NCBI GenBank assembly: GCA_051362555.1
Contig: CM120642.1
Coordinates: 33,418,001-33,482,000 of the forward strand
DNA: 64,000 nt
Direction of reading: 5' to 3'
Origin: Lingula anatina
Taxonomy: Eukaryota; Animalia; Brachiopoda
Shown piece after piece: positions 24,201-37,500 of this stretch. Position 1 is the stretch's first letter. Each line of letters opens with the position of its first letter. The notes beneath the pieces are model-generated. The model was not told the DNA's origin, did not search any database, and saw nothing but the letters and a program-made list of their open reading frames with translations. The position numbers and the translations under genes are program-made.

Positions 24201-27200
24201 AGTTTCATTTGTGTTTGGATTGCTTAGATGTTTTTTTTAACTAAAACAGCAAAACTTTCAACTGGAGGTCGCCTGTCATGCCCCTTTTACATGTATAAGA
24301 CTGACCCTAGATATACCAGTGTATGTCTAAATTTTTATCGTATTTTGCCTTAAAATGTAGAAATGAAAAAAAAATACAAATACCATCTTTATCATTTATG
24401 AGCATTGTCAAACTTCTACCGTTTTGTATGTTTTCATATATATTACAGCGTGACAAATGATGTATTCATAAAAAGATGATTTTAAACCTTTCCTCTGGTA
24501 TTAGTAGTAGGGATGCCCGTTTGGCGTTCACACCACTATCAGCTGTACTTCCTGGGTCAGCTTCTCTACTAAGACCACCACAGTTTTGGTCACTTGCCTT
24601 TGTTGACAGTACAACACAATGACACAACTGCTAGTTAAATTGCATGTGATTCTAGTCTCTTATTACCTTTTAGCGCTGACTTAAACAAGTCTCCAAGTGC
24701 AACTCTACTCATGAAATTAAATTTGTTCCTAGTTTCTGATTTCATTTGACTCGTCTACAAGTGCAGTTCTTGTACCCGGCCAATCCTCAAGAGAAGCGTG
24801 CATGTTCATGTAACAGCCTAGAAACGCATGCTTTACCAAGTCCCCTGCCTGCCTGCAAACCCACACAAACTACAAGATAGCATTATGAGAGAAAACAACA
24901 GTCAACTGTATTGACAGGGGCCCGTGCTATATCGGGAAATGCCTTCGTTAGGGAGGTCCCTTCCCGTGCCAAGGGACGCTGCGCACAGGGAAACACAGCA
25001 AAATTTGGTTTTTAGAAGTTTTGCTTTGTCTATATAATCTCGCTAGCTAAACACTTCCCCGCGTCTGTCAACACAGAGTCAGTGACCAATGTCCACGGCT
25101 GTGGGAACGCTGGAACAGTTCTTAATGCCCATGGGTGGGAGCGAGAGCGATGAGGTGGAATGGTGCACGATGTTTCTAGACATCGAATGAATATGTTCTC
25201 AAAATTGCTCGTTAAATTCTATTTCATGCTCTGCGGCCACAAAATAGTCTCGAATATCACTTATTTTCTACCACATTACATATAAATTTTACCGTAACTT
25301 TTTGATATTTATATGTTCAGTGCTTTACATTAAATAATCAAATTATCATCTTTCTTTTATTTTTTTAGAAATGAGTTGTTTGAATTTCCGAATATCTGAA
25401 TACATTGTTTCTTATACATGCACATGTTAAGTCAAATGAGCCACTTGTGATGCCACCAATTCGAGGGAAGCAAACCAGTATGGTTTACACTATGGCTCTT
25501 GTGGTCTGTACAATCTTACTGCAATACAAGTATCAACAGAACAGAAAAATCAAATTTTTTAAAGGAGTCGAAGGTTACAATAAAAAACTGAATCTAAAAG
25601 ACTAAATCTTGACTTGTAATAGATATATATTATTAGCATATGTTTGCATATGTGCCCACCACAAAAACCAAAATAGACACCCTCCCTGTACTCATATATG
25701 TACGTTATCTATTCTTGGGGCCATTAAATTAATCCGCATGGTGCCTTCGAACAGATCTACATCAGATTTACTTTTTCATTCATACTAATGCATCTTAAAA
25801 CGTGACGTAAAACATCTTCAAATATCATGTGGGAACTTCCTACTACAAGCCGTCCGTTCTGGCGGTAAATGAAAAGCATTACTCTCCCTCCGACACGTTA
25901 TCTTGGTCTGGCAACATTCTTTAAAGGAATAAAATTTATGTGGTTTCATATTTGATAATACAATTAATGCTCTGATTTAGATGTCAACTCTTTGCTCTGA
26001 CCACAAACTTCCGAGACAAAAAGTGTAAAAATGAAGATTTGTGGTATTTTGGTTCAGACCTTGGTTCTTAACATGATTGCCCTTGAGAACATGGAACACA
26101 CTGTAAGAACACCCCGATTCAAAACATTTTGTGTAGATGGGATATTCGGTGAAACATCTAAAGAACTGCCTAGGGCTACAGGGCGTCCCTTTTCCTTGTT
26201 TTAATCAATGAGGATGCTCATTAGGCGAGTTAAACACGTGCTAATTAAGCAGACAGTGAGCTAACGTTTTTCAGGTTAATTTGTCACAGAAGCTCAATCA
26301 AAAGGTTGTGCCAAGAGCTGATTCGCCTAACGTAACATGAGCAGATATGAGAGCTAAGGCAGAGAGCAGCCGCCGGCTTTAACACATCCCTTCCTTCATG
26401 TCTTGCTAAATAAAGATGCACACTAAATGGCTATTAAATTGTTTAGAAGAAACGCTGCCAACTTGGCAACACTCGACAGCATCTGAAACTCTCCTTTTTT
26501 CAATTTTTGCCAACATCTTTTTAAAAAGAGAATCTGGGCGTTTAAGCTACCCACACCGGTATGTTAATTACTAATTGTAGTGGTAAGCCTGCATACTCAG
26601 CTGTTTCCGATTGAACTTGAAGATAAGGAAGTTTAAGTAGGTACGCACTTGATTGGCAGGGGGCTTAGACTTAACCCTTAATTTGTTGATACACAACGGA
26701 GGAATGCCGTCTACCTGTTTTAATTAGCCTCATTGATCTTTGAAGAAGATTCGCTCCTCACGACGAGAGAAAAGTCAAGCAAACATCGCCAACTTTAGAA
26801 CAGGTTCACTTAGTAAAAACACCGGTTGTGTAAGTAACGGCGCGTGGATCGTGTGTCTTTCAAACAGCATGCGTCTCATTGCGTTGGACACGTGGAGTTC
26901 TGTGTGAAAGAAATACCAGGCGTGTACTCGCCAGCGCCCGGAAGTGACACTGGGGACACTAAGAACGGGTTTCAGATAGTGCAAGTTTATAGAGCCAATA
27001 GTCTATATAGTACATGTACGGTTTCTTTACATCATGCAAACGGGTTTAGGTTTATCTCCACCCTTTGCACGACTTAAGCATATTGAATTGAAGCTCGCTG
27101 GCATAGGTCGCACTCACAATAGCAGGTTAACTATGGCGACCCAATTAAAACTTGCCTTCTTATCCCCTAATAGACAACTCCTCCTAGATACACCGCAACA

Positions 27201-28061
27201 AGCATTCAATCTGCATATTTAATCCGCGGACTAGTTAGTCCGCAATTGTGAATGTGGTCTTCCACTGGCAGTCGCTTGTCATGGCGGCTTTATATAACAT
27301 ATCGATTAGATTAACTACCCATCTAATTTAAACATCATCATTGTTCTCAATTAAAAACTTAGATAAATAGCGTAATGTTTACAATTGTGGGTGCCGCAGC
27401 TGCGCCTTTCAAATTTGAATGAATATATGCCTTTTATGATGGATAGAACAAGCTAAACCACATCAAATAACAGAAAATCTATGTTTTTTAGTTGTCAACG
27501 TAAGTGATCATGCATCCCCAAAGGTCTACTTAAGCCCACATGCTGACAGTGTAATGACTCAAGTACTATAGACCCTTCATTGTCTGTCTTTATATTGTTC
27601 TTAGTAAGTAGAAAATTCATTGTATAAAGAAGGCAGTAGGGTTGGTAAAGGCTCGGTAAATTTTACAGCAAAAGGACAGCATTGGTACAACTGAAGAACT
27701 TGTGCTTATGTTTGTTGAATTAGGGTATCTCCAGCAACAATAAGCAAGAAAACTAAATGGAATGTTTGGATTCAAAATACATGATCATATATTACAAAGT
27801 ATAATTAATGGGTGTGATTTTTTACATATCAATCCTCATCTTTTCCACGGTTCAACATACTAGAAAACAACTGCCGTGATAGCGAGAGAAAAAAGGTCCA
27901 AGACACGCACGCAGTATAGCTTGTATTTTCTTTTCCAATTTGATTAAGTTTCTGTTATTGACATAGAGTTGGGCGCAGCGTGGCCCGGCCCAGCACTAGT
28001 TCAACTCTGTAAAATGTGGGCAGTCTGCAAAAGGATCATATAGTAAAGCAGTTCGAGGTCT

Positions 28062-28220
28062 TCATAATGATGACATTTTAAAACTGCTCAATTTCTACAC
28101 AATAAGGTGAAAGCCTGAGAGCATTCGTTCCAACATTAAGGACTTAATCAGTCACACTGAAAGGTGTGCTTACACCTTAGTGTGTAGAAATTGAACAGTT
28201 TTAACATTTCATCATTATGA
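28062..28220. repeat. 53-bp inverted repeat (fold-back, MITE-like)
   Basis: Arms 28062-28114 and 28168-28220 are reverse complements with 5 mismatches; spacer 53 nt. Confidence 0.85.
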
Positions 28221-31200
28221 GTAACACTACTGCACAGATCACCTTTCATCAGAAAGTTCGAGGTCTTCTTGACTAGGCTATATATATGGATGAAAATCAG
28301 GACCAAAAGGATTAGTTGTTGATGACGTCATTAAATACGTAAATCCATGTTTTCCTTATCAGTATTTCGCATGTACATTAAAGAATAATGAAAACAAAAC
28401 TATTCTTTAATTAGGAAAAAAATCGCGCAATGGCACAGTTGTAGTCATTGAAACTAGACAAAGGGGATAAAATCTGTACTGGCGATTGCTTGTCTTAGGG
28501 ACTTGAGAAAAAGCTGAAAAATAAACTATGGCAGCATACATATACAGGTTAATAGGTTGTATACTATTTCAGTAGCTAGACCTGTTAGTTTTATCATTGC
28601 ATGTGATACGTGGGCCTCAGAAAAGATATAGTGCATGACATTGATGACATCTTTACGGACGCTACCTGTAATTAAATTAGTTCTATTCTTAAGCTTCTTA
28701 GAGACTCCTTTTTTCTCAAGAGACTAATGAATTGATTATGAAGTGCATTTTATCGAATATTTTTTCTTTTGTCATCACTTTCTGTGGGAATGCGCTCAAG
28801 CGAGGAACATTCCATACTGATTAATTGGAATAATGTCGTCTGCTAAAATAGTTCTAACTCATTATCAGCTCTTCCGTTGCGGAAATGGGGAAACTCTTTC
28901 ACTCGTTCAGTTATCTGTTAATGTTGTACTTAATTGTAAAGTAATCATCGATTCACTCCGTTTTACATGGATATGCTCAGAACAAAATACCATCTGCATT
29001 GTATCAAAATGACCAATTAAATCGTTTGTCTGAGAAGCATGTTGCATTGTCATATCTGCAATAAAGACGGATTACACAAGAATGTTTGACAAGTCTAGTA
29101 CCACAAAGATTCCTACGCATTTAAACAGGAAAGTGCACGTATATCAATAAAAGAAAGAAGATCGAGTGTTTCCCATCCATTGAGTTTGGAAATAAAAGAC
29201 TGGGTATACTTTTTAAACTGTGTACATTGTGACGCAACATCCTGCACGCAAGGATGCAAAATAAAATATTACTCCTACACCTAAGTTTTTTTTTCACGTT
29301 TTTTTTTAAAAGAGGCAACGACTAAAAACTGCATGTCATCTCCAGAACACCATTATAAATGGGGTGTCGTTAAGTGATATGAAGAGCTCTAGGATCCCTA
29401 ATACGTTAATAAATCGACCATACAGTTAAGCGGCCATCTTAGCTTTGCGATTACGATCAATGCAAATCAATCAAAACGGTAATGATAAATCAAACAAAAC
29501 TGTATACAGTAACTCTTCATACCTAATCACTTTGATCTCTTCAAGAGCCAGTCAAACAAATCTAGTTTTATTAAAGAAAGCGTTAATGTGTTGTTAATTC
29601 CTGTTGTCTCCTTGATGTCGGTGAAGTAGCTTAGAAAGTGTGAATTATCGCTGAGGTGTCACATGCCAAGGAGATGTCACGTCATTATTTATAAAATAAG
29701 GATATAATAACGGCCATATTAAAAGCGATGAGACACATAATGTCTTCATCCCCTCTCCACTCCATCTGCACAGATACACTGTATGCAAATATAAGCACTA
29801 GTATTCCAACGGCTTTAACTACAACGGCCAACACGAGATAGACTAAATTGAAATAGTTGATGCTATTTTCGAAGTCGAAGTGATTTTTAGTGCTTACACC
29901 ATGCACTTAGAATAACGTTCCCCTAGATAGGAAAATTCAATTTAAAATTGTCTAAAAAAGATGAAAATAAAACACATTTCTATTACTCACCCGCTGGCCC
30001 ATTACAAGCGTCTTGTAGATGCAGACATAATTACTGTCGCTGCTGTAGACACAACCGCCTATTTGTTCTGTATTAAACCAATTGCAATAGATATTAGTTG
30101 GTGTTAGTGCGCCATGCTGCACATTAAAACATTTGAGATTCCATAGTCGGAGTGTTAACCCCCACAATAAAGACCCCCAGGGGCACTTTGTGCCACAGAT
30201 CGGTAAGAAAAGAATGGCAATCTTTACCACATGCGCCCATAAAAATGGCCATATATTTCAAGTTATTCTCTCGCGAGGTGTGAAAGTATGGGGGTTATTT
30301 ACCACCACGTGCTGTTGTTTTGATGTAGACTTAATCGTTTGTCGTGACTTACTCTTGTGGCATTAATATTCTTCTGAGCTCCGCGTGGGGTTGCGTTCGC
30401 ACCCAAGGATGGTCTTACCAACTTTGATAATATTTTTTGTAATAAAGAACATGTCCCCACCCGTTTTTCACTGAAGGTTTTCCAGTACGTTCTTACATTG
30501 TTTCATGTACATGAGTGCCTTTTGTTTTTTTCATACTGATTGCAAGCCGAGAATTAAAGTACAATCGCATTATACAGGCATTGTGCACGAACCTGTACCA
30601 CAACACCGTTTTAAAATCTGCCAGCATTTCCACATTCAAAAGGAAAATAAATTAAGATTTAAAAAAAACAACAACAACAACTCAAAATGGATTTAGAGAG
30701 TACATGGCACATAAAAATAACAGCAGGTAGCCAAACAAATGTTGAAGTTAAGTTCTACGAACCTTTTAGAAACACAACCAGAGCATGTAAAATTGAAGTA
30801 GAATAGGTGTAATTATCTGAAGTTTGCGTGGATATAGGCTGATCTTTTAGACTCTGCGTCGATGCATATTGTTTCTCTCCCTGAACCGTTACAGTCGGGA
30901 AGTTTGTGCCTCACAAATATTTTTTTAGTGACAAAACGTCAGTTTCTCTTTTGCTAATCAATAGAGGCCGACACGCACCTGAGCACGCTATACTGTATAT
31001 ACCCCACTATTCAAAAACTCCCAGTCGCAAATCTGTTTGCTCCAATGAACAGTACCGTGATAGCCTCTTGAAAAAGTCAAACTTTTTATAGAAATTTAGA
31101 AAATCTAATGTCTGAAAAATATGGCCTAAGCGTAACGTGTAGCTCAAAAGCGATGCTGGCGATACCCTAGGCGAGTGAATATGTAATCTTGAATTTTTGT

Positions 31201-31250
31201 GATAGAAACAGATCGGGGAGAGCGCTCTCTCTCCCCTCATTTCTCCTGTC

Positions 31251-31252
31251 AA

Positions 31253-31295
<43 letters not shown>
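31251..31295. repeat. (TAAA)n microsatellite
   Basis: About 11 units, visible directly. Confidence 0.9.
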
Positions 31296-34200
31296 GCCAG
31301 AGAAATATTTGAGAATACCTATCTCAGGGAAGTTTATACTGATAAAACCAAAAAATTGTTTTGAAGGATAAACCCACAAACACACTAAGCGATCTGCAAG
31401 AAGCTGAAACACATGTCTATATCTCTGTAGAGCCTCCGGCAATCTGGTGTATGCGGCCACCTGTTTCCAGTGAATGGGAGCTGGTTCACGGTGCGGTTTT
31501 GCTTTACTGCCAAATAAAATAAGGTTAATAAAAAACCAAATCTGAGGCCCTCTCTTTTAAATGCCTTATAAACATTTATTGCAACATCGCATTGATTTCT
31601 TTATCAGTACGTACATGTATTTATAGAACATTCTGTAAACACAAAGTGGGATGTCAGGCAGCCAAATTGAGTAGCAAAAAAATAATGTAATGAAATGAGA
31701 AAAAATACATTAACGAAGTAGTACCTAATATCAGCGTTAAGTAGGGTAAAAGAACTCGTCTAAACCAGAAGCAGCAAGTGGAATAATCCAACCAACATGT
31801 CGTATCCGCATAGTTTGGATAATTTTCCACAGCGTTACCGCAAAACATAGACCAGTATTTGCACAGGAAATGGTTTGATTGCTGACAGTGGTACCCCCAA
31901 ATCAAATCTCGTCCACGCGTTTTCTAACAAACGGAGATTTAATGAAATAATCCAGATCAGAGTTCTGATATATGGCAGTCATACTGCGGACCAACGCCTC
32001 GTGCGCTGGTATCGTTTATGCTACCGGAAACCCAGATTATCTGGAAACGCTAAATAATAACACTCTTTTCACAATAATGTATCTAAATTAAGGAATTCTC
32101 CCCCTTTGGTCGATTCTGGTCCGTTGGACGTGTTCGCATGGAGAAGTTTTGCACATTTTTCTAAAAAAAATGATTCCATTTTAAGTAACAAAGGTCAAAG
32201 GGGGATACCCTTGCCACGCAGTTAAGACACAAAGTCGACCCAAAGTTTCATTATTTACTTTGGCGCAATGCCTTAGTCTGAAAAATAGGATGGTAATAAT
32301 GTTATGGGTTATGCCTGGCTGATGCAATAAAAAGATGACAAGCTGTGCCGATTGCGCCAGCTTTTCACATCAGTCTCAACTATCGCAATTGGCTTTACTA
32401 TAAGTGAAAGCTTTTTCATCACCGATTGCGTTTGGAGAGATAATGCATAATGGTGAATGATCTGGCACAATGAACACCTGTTTTGGTATATGTCTCACTG
32501 TCCAGTCAAGAGAATGGACAAAAAGAACTACGTTTTCACATTTTCGGATCACCAAGCGCTCTGTGTATTTTCTTACATTAAAACAATCTACTTCTAGAAC
32601 TAAAATCTCTTTTATGTGTACACAAATAGTACAGTGCCATCCATTCCGCGACAGGCAAAGTTTGTGTGAATTTGAGACATTCTTCGGTGTAAAAATGGTC
32701 CCCAGAGTAGTACTTATTTCCATTCAATAGGGAAAGTAGATGAAACCCGTCACTTTTTTGCCATTTTCAATCTTCATTACACGTATGTTATCCTTTATGC
32801 ACTTAACTAAATTCCCTCGAGACGGAAGAATAACGCAACTGTAATGGCGGTACTGTATTAATGGTATGAATATTTTATAAGTAGAACTATTACATAAATT
32901 GGCATGGGTAGACTATTTGTACAGTCTGTTAATTCGTTTTTTGATAATTGATGACAACTAGATAAGCGGATATTCAGCACTATTAATCATATTGGTGAAG
33001 AAATATGATAATTAATTAAATCCCGGTAAACAAAAGAACTCGCACAGTTCCCGCTTGCAATGTCGAAGGCATTTCAAGTCGGAATGGCACCTTTACCACT
33101 GTTAAGTGATTCAATATGAGCGGATTACGCCTTAAACAGCCTCAAGATTTTGGTCGATTATTTCAACATGGACGACAGGGTTTATTCGGGGTCAAAACTG
33201 TTTAGTCGGATACATATGCTTTTTGATTTTGATTTTATTTTACGCCATATATCGTTACCTAAACACAACAGCGACACTTTTTGTGGGCATGGCGGTCACT
33301 TGATCGCAGAAAATTTCCAAGCTAATCCTCAAAACATATTTTGAAGCGCACCAAAATTCTAAACACAAAAAAGATAAGTCGTAATATGGCAAATGATTAA
33401 AAGAAGTGCTACGTAAACTCCGCTGAATGAGCCATTTGCCTACATTTCGAAGCATCTTTCTGTGACGTACATTATTGTAATGCTGCCAATTCATCTCCAC
33501 GAATTTACCAGCGAATGAAAATGCGATATATGTTTGTACGCTGCCCTAACTAAAAATTTTATATCCAGATAACTACACAAAGAAACATGATATTGAAATA
33601 AAATGGTCTCTCATCATTTTATCTCAGGTATTTCTAAAAACGTCCAAAGTTGACAAAAACTAACTACCGCACTTCTTACCTGCTTTTTCTTCAATCCAAC
33701 TAGAATGAGAAAATACTTCTTTTAAGCATCTGACAATGTTGGGATCATAAACGCTCTCGTAAAACTGTCGAGAAGACCGTTGTATAAAAAACGCTCGCTG
33801 ATCCTTCTTTTTATACTGTGCCAGAGTGCTATTATTATCGACAGAGTACCCGCGTAATTAATCTCTGTATTCCTATGCCATAAGTAGCACGCGGGTCGAT
33901 TAGTTAGTTCGCGACAAGTGCTTCATGATGTTGATGGAAAAATTGGATCATTTTTGGAGCGATCCAATGGATATCGGCGTTATTTCGCGCCAAGGAGGAG
34001 CGGACCAGAAAGCATTGTTGGTTTTCTAGGAAGTTAATTCCATTTTGAGTGTTTGATCATAAAATGAACATTCAGTACTTGTGAAAACATCCCATTGAAT
34101 GCATTGTGAATATAGCTAATATTTTATAGTTGATTTACTAGAAAACCACTCAGACTGATTGCTTTTTCAACTGATGTATTCATACAATCCTGCGCTAGTA

Positions 34201-34503
34201 AATACAATGGCTTGATTAATACACTTGTTTATTATCAATAACAAAAGATACTTATTCTTCAATTGGCTCATTTCCGAGTACTAGGTGAATTGCAGTGATC
34301 AGTAATTATGGTGAAGGAGTCCATGTTTACCGAAATATTCAGAAGATGACCCAGCAGTGGGCGGGTACACGTGTAGGTGGTAGTGTATAATGTCTGTGTA
34401 GGTGCGGCCAAGATGGCCTTTTTAGTCAAAATTCATAGAAAGCACCAACGGACGTTTGAGGTGTGTATGGTACTTGTATTTGAAAGTGGAAATTGTCGTA
34501 TTC

Positions 34504-34586
34504 CAGATGACCAAATAAGGAAACATATACCACTTCAGATGACCAAATAAGGAAACATATACCACTTCAGATGACCAAATAAGGAA
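34504..34586. repeat. 32-bp minisatellite x ~2.6
   Basis: Unit CAGATGACCAAATAAGGAAACATATACCACTT starts at 34504, 34536 and 34568. Confidence 0.9.
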
Positions 34587-37500
34587 GCGTTTAGTTGATA
34601 AATGAAGGCGACCATTGAACTTTTCCAAAGAGGATACACTTTTATTCAGAAAGATGATGGCACTTTGGAACGTATGTCATTAACGGGAATACACTCCCTC
34701 TTTATGGAATGTCATTTTTGTAAATTTCGAACTGATTTCATCGTTTATATAAAATCACAGAAAATAAGATAAGTGTATGGTCTATATCTGCTTCTGAAAC
34801 CTACTATGAACACTTTACGTATCAGTCAAATTACTGAAAGAGCCAGATATGAATAACATGTAAATTCAATTTGTTCTTCAGAAATTAATTATTCTCGAGA
34901 CAAAAATATTGATGTAACCGACGAAGTTAAATAGCTTTTTAAGGCATGAGTGTTCTTGTAGTAGACAGAGTTTTGATTAACAGGTCTTGTTAAGCGAAGT
35001 ATTATCACAATACGCCTACAGTTCCAACTGCATAGTAACAAAGGAAATGAGCATTGTTTGTTTGAGTACATGGCAATTATTGTGAATGCCACTTAAGAAA
35101 TTATGACCGTCTATTGCCCTTAATATATAACGATTAGGTTTTTAAAATTCGATGCGTCATATTTGCCTTAACGAACCATACGTCAAACCCCTGGACATTT
35201 CTGAAATCATAAAAGCGACTCGCTGTTGTCGCACGTTTTTTTTTAAGAATAGCCATTAAATCTTATTCATCTCCAAATTTCTGCGGTTCTGGTAGCACGT
35301 GCCTGATTGTTTCAACATTTATTCATTAAAATTCATTAAAATACATCTTTTAATTTGGATTATAAGACTTTGTCGCCATTCTGTTTTTATTCATGTACGA
35401 ATAATACAATTGAGAATAACAATAAAAGCAGCACTTACGGCAGCACTATACTCTACCAATTTCATCGTACTTTACCGCAATTTCCTTGAAAAGGTAATTT
35501 TCGCAACATGCACACAACCAATTCAGGGACAATTGATGCTCTTCATTCGCATACGCTGAGAATATATTCAAAGACATCAACACAGTTAGTGTACATATTT
35601 CATCTGTATATTGAAATGCTAGATTACACTAATGGAAAGTGCAGGCTGTCCGTGAGTGATCATGACGTGCGAATCATCAACCGTCAGAAATATTTCTCTG
35701 TAACTTTAAGTTCGACTCATTCATTTCATTCACGTTTTGTTGTAACCAGGGAAACGTGAGATTTGTTGGCTTTAAGGAGATCGGACAAATCACAATTAAT
35801 AAATACTCTTAATCAGGGTAACCGCAACGTAAACAGAAGCGTCGTCATGGAAACGACCACAAACAATTCTGTGTACATTTTGGGAATGTGACAAGAGCAA
35901 ATCAAGGTGCGAATTAAGATCAAGTATTTCATAGAGGTACAACTACCTGCTTATGGTGCCCGACCTCGTCAAAGTCATTAATATTGGGTTCCTCTGCGTA
36001 TTCGTTCTTAACTACCGCCCAACTCACCCTTGTATGGGCAGCTCTTTGAATATTTGGATATGTGTTTATTGTATATACTAAAACAAAAATATCATCTGAT
36101 CCATTATGTGGTTAAACTAACATTTCCAATTTAATAGTCAAGGTTTTATTTCAATAACTGCATTTCACGCTTCAGACAAAAATGCGCCTCTTCTTTTTAA
36201 CGGACATAGTCATGTACAGGTATACAGTAATAATTTATACTAGATAGTTGACGTATGTCATGATACATTGGTTTTGTAATCCATTGTCACTTTTTCCAAC
36301 ACTAGATATCATGTGATACACACCATGTCAATTTACATGCACCTTAGATATATAGGTCTAACACACCGTCAATTGTGCTGCCACTGGTCTAGTTGTAAAC
36401 TTATGCCGAACAGCTAGAATTTAGTGAGATGCATTCAATAAATACTGAGTAGTTAATTAGACGACTACAGCCCAAATGCAAGGTCTGTCTGTAAGGTAAA
36501 ACATGTAAAATGAGAAACAGGAAACATTCATTTTCACCATAACATCTTTTGATAATATAGAGATGGTCAGGATTTAAGATGTTTTTCTTCTGTTGTTTCT
36601 AACGACCCCTAGTGTTTTGTCATATTTACAAGGTCATAGCATTGTGTGGGTGATCTGAGGTGGACGCCATTAGCATTGGGTGTGGCGTTTTTTCATGCTT
36701 ACTGAATTACAGTTCTCTAAATGTTTCAATCACTGTCAGTGTATTATCATCCTATTCTCTCCAGGGGAAGTTTGCGTAATTTGAGTTTGATTATAAATAG
36801 TCATATGTGTTGTTTTGAATATAAAAGCTTTGCGAAAAAGCGATATTTAAGTAAGTTTTCGTGTCAGTGGGTGTTCGTTAAAATCCTGCGAGCGGTCCAT
36901 TGAGCCACGACATCACGGGTTTGTTGAGTGCCTCAATCGATTCTGTCAAATATGCGTACATAGGCCGTGATTTACTGTACTTTGAAAGTTGGTAACAAAT
37001 AGAAAAATCATTATCACGGTGAAGTGGCCTCTGATTTCGATTTGGATCGTAAATCAACGGGGCGTTAATTCGCTTCGCAATGCTCAGCAAGCCATCATTT
37101 TGACGCAGAATGTGAACAGTAAATCGGACTTTTGGAAACACGTTATCGGTCACTGAAGTCTCTCTATAAATCAGCGTGAATAATTACCGTAATTTCACTT
37201 TTAAAAATCTCTCCATGCAGGTTGTAAATTAGTCAAATCCATCCTGCAGCAGGTCGTTTACGTGCAGGCATTGCGTCGGCTGTGCAATCACTGCCAGAGA
37301 TAGCGTACACTGGCAAAAACGGGCACCTGCTCCTGTATGTGACACAAAGCTGACCAAGAGAACAGCAGGATTTCAACTCCTGAACTTCATAAACTGCCTC
37401 ATAGCCAGCATTTAGCTCAGTCGGATTATGTCGGTTTAAAGCCCAATTATTGGGAATAGTTGCTATACGGAATTATTTATTCATGCATCAAATAATATTG

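Noticed and set aside
32376-32730. Longest ORFs in the gene-free interval (also 19037-19249 and 23048-23417)
   Set aside because: No recognisable domain and no convincing splice-site framing; lengths are compatible with chance.
34504-34586. 32-bp repeats of CRISPR-like length
   Set aside because: The units are head-to-tail with no unique spacers, there are no cas genes and the context is eukaryotic; it is a minisatellite.
37212-37230. Partial similarity to miR-67/307 on the minus strand (TTACAACCTGCATG)
   Set aside because: The seed differs, the 3' half does not match and no precursor hairpin is evident.
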